Part shown: piece after piece, positions 1-5,889 of the stretch
Numbering within the stretch: position 1 is the first letter of the stretch
Layout: the number at the start of each line of letters is the position of its first letter
UHGV virus genome: UHGV-0179686
DNA length: 29,617 nt
From: a virus
Strand: one strand, 5' to 3'
Notes under the pieces: model-generated
Told to the model about the DNA's origin: nothing
Seen by the model: the letters and a program-made list of their open reading frames with translations, nothing else
Database searches by the model: none
Program-made: the position numbers and the translations under genes

Positions 1-628
1 GGTTGAGCATGTACCGGTATGTGTGCAGCTGCATACTGTCGGCGGGTAGGCGTCCTGTTTTGAGGTCGAGGATGAAGGTTTCGCCGGTGTCGGTGTCGGT
101 GAAAACGCGGTCGATGTAGCCGACTATTTTTGTGTCATCGTCGAGGGTGGTTTCTACCGGGTATTCGATGCCTGGCTGGCCGTCTATGACTGCTGTGTGG
201 TATTGTGGATTGTTTGTGCGCCAGTGTTTCCACCGGTCGACGAAGGTTTGGCCGTATATCATCCACCAATTGTAGTCTTTTTTGTGTGGCCCGCCCGACT
301 CGCACATGTTTTTACATTGTCGCCCGGAGGGTTTAATCTCCATACCCTCTGATGTGGTGAGGGCGACTTGGGTGTCGAAAATGTTTTTGAAGGATGCGAG
401 TTTGTCTGGCAGTGCAGGGTATTCGGCGGGATTGTACAGGTGTAGGTCGTATTGTTCAGTGATATGGTGTATGGCGCTTCCGGCGATGGTGGCGTACCAG
501 GTGTGGTGTTGGGCGTGGTAGCCGTGGGATAGGCGCCATTTTTCTCCGCATTCGGCCCACTGTGACAGTGATGAGTAGGAGATGTGACCCGGATGGTCGA
601 TGGTGGACGGTTTTTGTGCTAGAGGCAT
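1..628 (-). CDS. Cas4/RecB-like PD-(D/E)XK exonuclease, N-terminal part (start codon at 626-628; gene runs off window start and appears to continue in-frame at 29298..29617)
   Basis: My own translation of the minus strand from ATG at 628 gives MPLAQKPSTIDHPGHISYSSLSQWAECGEKWRLSHGYHAQHHTWYATIAGSAIHHITEQYDLHLYNPAE with no stop down to position 1. N-terminal Cys in SQWAECGEKW fits the Fe-S Cas4/AddB nuclease family. TAATG overlap with upstream gene stop at 628-630. Confidence 0.6.
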   Translation of the reverse strand, partial: MPLAQKPSTIDHPGHISYSSLSQWAECGEKWRLSHGYHAQHHTWYATIAGSAIHHITEQYDLHLYNPAEYPALPDKLASFKNIFDTQVALTTSEGMEIKPSGRQCKNMCESGGPHKKDYNWWMIYGQTFVDRWKHWRTNNPQYHTAVIDGQPGIEYPVETTLDDDTKIVGYIDRVFTDTDTGETFILDLKTGRLPADSMQLHTYRYMLN

Positions 629-987
629 TACTTGTCGCCTTTGTGGGTGTTCCATGGGTTGCGGGTGTCTTGGCCGGCATCGTGTTGCTGGTAGGCGAGG
701 AGTGCGAGGCAGTGCCAGGCGGCATGTGCCAGGTGGGGTAGCCCGGATTCGCGGTCGAGGTTGTTTCCCTGCTGCCATGATAGTAGATGCCGGTAGAGGG
801 CGTCAACGCTGTGGCTCCACGGATAGCCGCCGGTCCAGTTGTTGTCGCCGTATTTGGTGGCACCGTAACCGGCAACCTCGCCGAGGGCGTGCAAGGCTGT
901 AGGGTCGATGAGGGATAGCCTGCAGAGTTTCAATTCTTTTTGGGCACCGGTGTTGGGGTCGGTGTATATGCGGGTGGGCTTGTCCAT
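628..987 (-). CDS. hypothetical protein (119 aa)
   Basis: ORF-track frame with native-looking composition; 1-nt start/stop overlap (TAATG) with the downstream exonuclease gene suggests translational coupling. Confidence 0.5.
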   Translation of the reverse strand: MDKPTRIYTDPNTGAQKELKLCRLSLIDPTALHALGEVAGYGATKYGDNNWTGGYPWSHSVDALYRHLLSWQQGNNLDRESGLPHLAHAAWHCLALLAYQQHDAGQDTRNPWNTHKGDK

Positions 988-1094
988 GGGGTGTGTGCTC
1001 CTTTCGTGGTGGGGTTACTGGTTGGGGTTGTTGGCTAGTGCTACGGCGAGAATAATGATGGCGAGGGTTTCAGCAATAAGTATGGGTGTTGTGA

Positions 1095-1298
1095 TCATTT
1101 AGTGTCTCGGGGATTGTTGGTGAGTGTTGAGGCACCCAGGAGGGTGGCGAGGGCGCATGCGGCAATAATGGCGAGGGCTGCCTTGTGTGGGGTGCCGGTT
1201 GCGTACATCCATGTGATGATGGCGCCTTGGATCCAGGCGAGGCTGGTGAAGAACGTTTCGTAGCTGTGTAGCTCAATGTTGTTGTTGGGTGTGTTCAT
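1095..1298 (-). CDS. small membrane protein (67 aa, two predicted hydrophobic helices)
   Basis: Hydrophobic stretches WIQGAIITWMYATG and ALAIIAACALATLLGA. 4-nt ATGA overlap with gene 1295..1522. A further 27-codon hydrophobic mini-ORF (MITTPILIAETLAIIILAVALANNPNQ, approx 1013..1098, minus) starts at an ATGA overlap with this gene's stop. Confidence 0.45.
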   Translation of the reverse strand: MNTPNNNIELHSYETFFTSLAWIQGAIITWMYATGTPHKAALAIIAACALATLLGASTLTNNPRDTK

Positions 1299-1522
1299 GC
1301 TTGCTCCTGAAGAATGGTGTTGATGGTTTTATAAATGTTGTACAGGTCGGTTTCAATAGATAACAGTTGGTTGATTTCGTGGTCGAGATCAATGTCTGGG
1401 TTGAGGGTGTTGATGCGGGAGGCAATATCGGTGGCTGTGCGTAGTGTGCCGCCGGTGTGGTGAATAATGTGTGCCGTGTCGGCGAGTCCGGTGGTGACAG
1501 CGTAGTGGGAGAGGAGAGGCAT
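1295..1522 (-). CDS. hypothetical protein (75 aa)
   Basis: ORF-track frame; contains NPDIDLDHEI motif shared with neighbouring small proteins; start overlaps nothing, stop overlaps next gene start (ATGA). Confidence 0.45.
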   Translation of the reverse strand: MPLLSHYAVTTGLADTAHIIHHTGGTLRTATDIASRINTLNPDIDLDHEINQLLSIETDLYNIYKTINTILQEQA

Positions 1523-1546
1523 AGCTAGGGGGTGCTCCTTGGCGGG

Positions 1547-2080
1547 TTACTGTTGCGGGTTGATGTTGAGGTCGGTGACGTGCGGGTGGTCTTCTGTTCC
1601 GGTGACGAGGCAGTGGACGGTGACGGGTAGTTTGGATGCGCCGGGCTGTTTCGCGGTTGCGCCGTAGACGATGGAGAAGGTGTCTTTACCAATAATTTTG
1701 TGGAGTTGGAGGTCGATGTCGGGGTTGCCGTTCCATTTGACGCCTTGCGTGGCGGCTTGCTGTTCGGCTTTGCGGTCGCAGGTGTGTGCGGCGGTGATCA
1801 TGGTGAGTCCGGTGGCGGTTTCTTCCCCCCTTGCCTGGGCCTGCTTGTGGGCTTTGGTCTGCTCGGCTTGTAGGGAGCGGACTGCTGCAGCCTGCTTGGC
1901 GGCTTTCTCAGCTTTGCGCTGTTGGACGGTTTTGGGTGTCCATTCGGTGTTGGCTGTGGTGGCCTGTGGGGCTGACTGTGAGGCAAGTGGCGGATTGTCG
2001 TCTGGGGCTGGCATGAATGAGGCGGCGGCGATGATGGCGGCTGTGATTCCGGCGATGGTGTAGCCGTTTTTCTTGTTCAT
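1547..2080 (-). CDS. membrane-anchored/secreted protein (approx 177 aa; start moved to internal ATG at 2080)
   Basis: ORF-track ORF 1547..2131. The internal start MNKKNGYTIAGITAAIIAAASF at 2080 is a signal/anchor-like N-terminus and is preceded by AGAAAGGGGA about 8 nt upstream (RBS). K/A/Q-rich middle region; NPDIDLQL motif near C-terminus. Confidence 0.5.
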   Translation of the reverse strand: MNKKNGYTIAGITAAIIAAASFMPAPDDNPPLASQSAPQATTANTEWTPKTVQQRKAEKAAKQAAAVRSLQAEQTKAHKQAQARGEETATGLTMITAAHTCDRKAEQQAATQGVKWNGNPDIDLQLHKIIGKDTFSIVYGATAKQPGASKLPVTVHCLVTGTEDHPHVTDLNINPQQ

Positions 2081-2139
2081 GACTGTTGTCCCCTTTCTGG
2101 GGTGTTGTTCGTTGCTGACATGATTAATCATGGTGTGGG

Positions 2140-2185
2140 CGGTGGCCTATGTCAAGGCTGCGCTCAACGATTGTGAGCGATTCGT
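2140..2185 (-). promoter_or_regulatory. repeated promoter/operator-like element A: TTGACA -35-like hexamer adjacent to inverted repeat CGCTCA-N8-TGAGCG (minus-strand orientation), upstream of gene 1547..2080
   Basis: Plus strand gtcaaggctgcgctcaacgattgtgagcgattcg. 23 of 29 positions identical to element B at 2926-2962, including the 17-mer gtcaaggctgcgctcaa and tgagcg. Confidence 0.35.
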
Positions 2186-2200
2186 GTGTGGCTAGGGGTT

Positions 2201-2512
2201 TTATCGGGCGCACAGGGTGAGTAGGTGGCCAACATTGATGCGGCTCACATTCCAGTAGAGTTGTGTGGCTTCACCGCCGGTGAGCGGCTTCCACGCGTTG
2301 TGGCTGAACACGGTGCCGTCGGAGGCGATGAATGTGTTGGGGCGTAGCTTGTGGAGTTCGGCTTCCACGCTCTGCCGGTAGGCTTCGGCGAGGCCCTCAA
2401 AATCCATGTGGTCGCAGGCGAGGTTTTCGAGGCGTGTCAGGTCGAAGGGTGTAGGAGTGTCGTAGCTGGCGGGGGTGTAGAGCTGGGTGAAGTGGTTGGC
2501 GATCTTCTGCAT
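2201..2512 (-). CDS. hypothetical protein (103 aa), tandem paralog of 2552..2860
   Basis: ORF-track frame; RBS AAAAGGA 8 nt upstream of ATG at 2512. Shares pattern D.D......Y...V.......RP......DG.V......W.PLT..EA with the adjacent gene. Confidence 0.5.
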   Translation of the reverse strand: MQKIANHFTQLYTPASYDTPTPFDLTRLENLACDHMDFEGLAEAYRQSVEAELHKLRPNTFIASDGTVFSHNAWKPLTGGEATQLYWNVSRINVGHLLTLCAR

Positions 2513-2551
2513 GATGATGTCCTTTTTGTTGCTGATAACGTTGTTGGGGGT

Positions 2552-2860
2552 TTATCGGGTGGATGCGACAAGGATGACGTCTACGTCGATCATGTCGATG
2601 AGATCGTGGAGTTCCTCGGCCTCGTTCTCGGTGAGTGGCTGCCAGTCGTAGTCGCCGTATACGGCGCCGTCGAGGGTGACCGTCCACAGGGGCCGGATGA
2701 GTCGTACGGCTTCTTGTACTTTAGCGTGGTACATGCGGCGCACCATATCCAGATCGATGTCGCCTGAATGGTTTCCGGTGAGGCTGTGGAGGCTGAGCGG
2801 GTCGATTTCTGTCTGCCTGTAGAGGGATGTGAAGGATGGGGTGATGAGTGTGCCATCCAT
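2552..2860 (-). CDS. hypothetical protein (102 aa), tandem paralog of 2201..2512; first gene of the leftward arm next to the non-coding right end
   Basis: ORF-track frame; RBS GAAAGGAG about 9 nt upstream of ATG at 2860; paralogy with the 2201..2512 product by eye. Confidence 0.5.
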   Translation of the reverse strand: MDGTLITPSFTSLYRQTEIDPLSLHSLTGNHSGDIDLDMVRRMYHAKVQEAVRLIRPLWTVTLDGAVYGDYDWQPLTENEAEELHDLIDMIDVDVILVASTR

Positions 2861-2923
2861 GAGGGTGTGCTCCTTTCGGTGGTGTATGGGTTGTTGTGGT
2901 TTCTAGAGTGTGTAGGTTGCAAC

Positions 2924-2962
2924 CGGGAGTCAAGGCTGCGCTCAAACCTAGTGAGCGTTTCA
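2924..2962 (-). promoter_or_regulatory. repeated promoter/operator-like element B (TTGACT plus CGCTCA-N7-TGAGCG inverted repeat) upstream of the first leftward gene
   Basis: gtcaaggctgcgctcaaacctagtgagcgtttcatg; near-identical to element A; located about 65 nt upstream of start codon 2860. Confidence 0.35.
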
Positions 2963-3489
2963 TGCTGGAGTGTTGGGTGTGACGGATGTCACTTAAGCAT
3001 TTACCGCCTCTCCCAGCGTCTCAAATCTTCTGGGGGTAGGATTATATAGGGTTGACCCTGCTGATCGATTCTAGGGGCCTTCTAGGGCGTCTCAGGGGTA
3101 TGTCTGGGTGATAGCAGGTTCGGTAGATGACCCGGCAGATCTACCTTGGCTTTCATCACAAAGGTCGAGGTGCCAGATCTGGGCATGGAATCTACACCCT
3201 CATACTGTGTGAGATGTATCACATCCTCCTGGCGTGGTGTGCCCCCTCAAGGCCACTCTGTCGATCTGGCGTAGAGGGTGTAGCCCAGAAATGCCGTTTA
3301 AAGCTTCAGGGGTACGCCGAGGAGCGCCTTACAGGGTGGAGGCTAGGTATTTATACCCCCAGCACATTCTGATCAATCCTAGACGCCCCCAGGAGACTGA
3401 TACACGATCCACCATCTCGGCATAGACCATCAACCCCTATCCCGCTTAGCTAAGCCTCAACTATGTGGACAGTGTGGGATACTGAGGGG

Positions 3490-3520
3490 GAAGAAGGACA
3501 CGGTAAAAGAAAGAGGGGGG
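3490..3520. repeat. left copy of 30-bp inverted repeat (purine-rich on plus strand: gaagaaggacacggtaaaagaaagagggggg)
   Basis: Reverse complement matches 4902-4931 over 25 contiguous nt (tctttcttttaccgtgtccttcttc) plus flanking C/G run. Confidence 0.7.
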
Positions 3521-3575
3521 AGCATCAGCCTTCAAGCCTTAAGGTCTTAGCGCTTAGCACCGATGGTCTTAGCAG

Positions 3576-3608
3576 TTAGCACCGAGCCCCTCAAGGGCTC
3601 GGCATCAG
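3576..3608. repeat. 33-bp direct-repeat element copy 1 containing perfect GC hairpin CCGAGCCC-CTCAA-GGGCTCGG followed by CATCAG
   Basis: ttagcaccgagcccctcaagggctcggcatcag, identical to 4085-4117. Confidence 0.7.
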
Positions 3609-4039
3609 CCCGAACAGGCACAGCCCTGAAAGGAGTACACGCCATCAGGGAAGGCTTGAGAGTACGAGGAGCCCTAGCGACGAGTACTCGAAAGCCTGAG
3701 GGAAGACCATCAGCACTGATGGGCCTAGCGTGTTCGGAAAGGACACAAGGGTACAGTGTGAGAGCTGTTCGGGAGTGAAACCTGTTCTGACTAGGGGTTT
3801 CAGTCTTAACCACCCTCAAAGGTTACAAGACTCTAAGAAAATTTAAGGAAAAGTTTAGGTTTAATTTTTGGACCTTTACTACCAAAAACACCCGTTTACA
3901 CTCCTCAAACCCGCCTATAGAGCCAAATCCACCAGTTTGACTCATCCCAGGTGGCATATGATAGGCTGGACAGGTAGCCAGCTGGACGCAAGGCCGAAAT
4001 CCGCTGACGCGGCTTTCACCCTTACATCCATCAGTCTAC

Positions 4040-4530
4040 CAAACACTTTAAAGCTTCAAGGCTTAGCGCTAAGGTGCTGATAGCTTAGCACCGAGCCCCT
4101 CAAGGGCTCGGCATCAGTCTTAAAGCTTTAAACACTTTAAGTAACTTTAAAACCTTAACAGCTTAGCACTTAAGGATCTAAGTTACTATAAAAGCTTTAA
4201 AGTCTTAAAGTACATATAAAACCTTAACAGTTAAACGTTAAAAGCTTTAAACCTTAACACCTAAGTTAAGTATAAAACCTTAAAGGCTTAGCACTTAAGG
4301 ATATAAACTTCACATCAGTGTTTAAGACTTTACAGCTTAAAATAACTATTAAGACTTCAAGGCTTATAAGCTTTAAACACTTAAAGTAACTATAAAACTT
4401 TAAAAACCTTAAGTACTTAAAGTTAACCATCAGTCTTAAACTTTAATATTATAACCTATAAGTCTTAAAGCTTATAGGTATAATAATATAATATAAGTAT
4501 TAAAGCTTATAAGTTATAAAAGTTTTAGAA
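4040..4530. repeat. AT-rich degenerate tandem-repeat region (about 120-125 bp period, words cttaa/agctt/ttaaag/tataa); a shorter AT-rich patch also at 3826-3890
   Basis: A 60-nt sample 4141-4200 has 17 G+C by count, against visibly GC-rich flanks. gcttagcacttaaggat recurs at 4161 and 4286; agctttaaacactt at 4124 and 4369; aaaccttaa at 4151/4211/4271. Confidence 0.6.
4085..4117. repeat. 33-bp direct-repeat element copy 2 (same GC hairpin plus CATCAG)
   Basis: Identical to 3576-3608; spacing 509 bp. Confidence 0.7.
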
Positions 4531-4540
4531 GAGTTAAAGG

Positions 4541-4597
4541 GTTAACTTCTTTACTTCTCTTCTCTCTTTGGTTCTTTCTCTCTTCTCTTCTTTTCTT
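4541..4597. repeat. polypyrimidine (C/T) tract about 57 nt on plus strand, followed by purine run ggggagaagaggaa
   Basis: ttaacttctttacttctcttctctctttggttctttctctcttctcttcttttcttc; strand-asymmetric, mirror-like; H-DNA/triplex-forming potential. Confidence 0.5.
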
Positions 4598-4901
4598 CAT
4601 CAGGGGAGAAGAGGAACCTTTAACGTCAACGCTGACAGACTTTTCGCCGTGTGTCTCGTGTGCTTCTGGTCGCAAGCTCCCATCGCACACTCCCCACACT
4701 CTTACACCCGTGTCCCTTTCAGGCTTAGCGTGTTCGGCTGAAGGCGTACGGCTTGTCACGCTCACACCCTTAACACCAGGTAAGACTTAAAGTGTATATT
4801 ATAAGTAGAAGACTTTAAAACCTTAAGGGTGTTCCTGCTGAGCCTGTGTCCTTTAACGCTAGGCGCTAGGCGCTAAGCTGTGAAACGCGAACACCCATAC
4901 A

Positions 4902-4931
4902 CCCCTTCTTTCTTTTACCGTGTCCTTCTTC
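4902..4931. repeat. right copy of 30-bp inverted repeat (ccccttctttcttttaccgtgtccttcttc)
   Basis: Reverse complement of 3490-3520; the two copies bracket the AT-rich repeat module (about 1.38 kb). Confidence 0.7.
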
Positions 4932-5151
4932 TTTTGACACCGCTGGGGGGCGATGTGATCTTTCTCACACCCATGGGGGTAGTGGAGAAAACAACCACCC
5001 CGGCACACACAGAACACCCCCTCAAACGAACAAAACAGCCCCTAGGATCGAACAGTAGGGCACCGGTAGGGTATTCCTACCCCAAGACGATTCTAGGCCG
5101 TTACAGGAGAAATGAGAGGCTCGCAGGGGTTATAGGTGATTGGGGGATGCG

Positions 5152-5454
5152 ATGACACACACCAACCGCACCGCATCCTCCGCCCATCGGCGCTGGCGGG
5201 CAAGGCTCATCACCCAAGCCCAACAACAAGGCCAAACCGAATGCCCACTCTGCGGAGCCCAGATAGCCTGGGGCACACACGATCTACCAACTAGCCCCGA
5301 AGCCGACCACATCACACCCGTCAGCAGGGGAGGACTCAACACCCTCGACAACGGGCAAATCATCTGCAGAACATGCAACAGAAGCAAAGGCAATCGCAGC
5401 GAACCAAACATCAAATTCCAACAACAAACCACAAAAACATTGATTCCATGGTGA
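5152..5454 (+). CDS. HNH endonuclease (about 100 aa), adjacent to cos and terminase genes
   Basis: CPLCGAQ...DHITPVSRGGLNTLDNGQIICRTCNRSKGN is an HNH motif with two Cys pairs. ATG at 5152 with GGGGGA 5 nt upstream; ORF-track TTG at 5140 is an alternative. Confidence 0.75.
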   Translation: MTHTNRTASSAHRRWRARLITQAQQQGQTECPLCGAQIAWGTHDLPTSPEADHITPVSRGGLNTLDNGQIICRTCNRSKGNRSEPNIKFQQQTTKTLIPW

Positions 5455-5505
5455 CAAACCCGCCAACCCCCACCGGGGACACCCCCTGCACAGGCGTGCA
5501 AAACC

Positions 5506-5516
5506 TCGTACGGCTT
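5506..5516. other. candidate cohesive-end (cos) core TCGTACGGCTT between the HNH gene and the small terminase gene
   Basis: Sequence seen at 5506-5516. I recall this 11-nt 3' overhang being reported for C. acnes phages; contains CGTACG palindrome; flanked by TGCAC-aggc-GTGCA palindrome at 5488-5501. Confidence 0.55.
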
Positions 5517-5580
5517 AGTGAAATACCTCCCTTTTGTGGTTTTGTCTGTTTGTCGACTTTTTGTGTTGGTGGTGAGTGTT

Positions 5581-5889
5581 GTGCAGCCTGAGCTTCCTGA
5601 TGGTCGTGAGTGGTGTGGGGAGACGCGTCGTTGGTGGCGTGTGTGGGGTGAGGATAGTCGTGCGCAGTACGTGTCTGATGAGGAGTGGCTGTTTCTCATG
5701 GATGCTGCGGTGATTCATGATTGTGTGTGGCGTGAGGGTCGCGCGGATTTGGTGGCTTCGCTTCGTGCTCATGTGAAGGCGTTTATGGGCATGTTGGATC
5801 GTTATTCGGTTGATGTGGCGTCTGGTGGCCGTGGTGGGGGTTCTGCGGTGGCGATGATTGACCGGTATAGGAAGCGTAAAGGGGCCTAA
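5581..5889 (+). CDS. terminase small subunit (putative; start uncertain, ORF-track frame opens at 5518)
   Basis: Position immediately upstream of and overlapping (TAATG at 5887-5891) the large terminase. GTG at 5581 preceded by GGTGGTGAG. The N-terminal 20 codons of the ORF-track version are G/T-rich and look non-coding. Confidence 0.45.
   Translation: MQPELPDGREWCGETRRWWRVWGEDSRAQYVSDEEWLFLMDAAVIHDCVWREGRADLVASLRAHVKAFMGMLDRYSVDVASGGRGGGSAVAMIDRYRKRKGA

Noticed and set aside
456-875. Minus ORF 456..875 (139 aa, Pro/Thr-rich)
   Set aside because: Alternate frame overlapping the exonuclease and 628..987 genes; composition looks non-native.
3400-3800. Possible tRNA or small structured RNA gene in the GC-normal part of the non-coding region
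   Set aside because: No T-loop (GGTTCGAAT-like) or cloverleaf arrangement found by eye; the hairpins present are isolated.
4040-4530. CRISPR array
   Set aside because: Repeats are degenerate, AT-rich and of about 120-bp period without unique spacers of constant length; no cas genes.
3490-4931. MITE / non-autonomous transposon interpretation of the inverted-repeat-bounded module
   Set aside because: No target-site duplication is visible at the outer flanks (…atactgag vs ttttgaca…) and no transposase is present. Kept only as one of several possibilities in the finding.
3127-5155. Plus-strand ORFs inside the non-coding region (3127..3372, 3234..3425, 3868..4080, 4880..5155) and minus ORFs 3547..3819, 4514..4765
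   Set aside because: No RBS; translations are low-complexity or dictated by repeats; they overlap repeat/hairpin elements. Treated as non-coding, although small right-end ORFs have been annotated in related phages and cannot be excluded.
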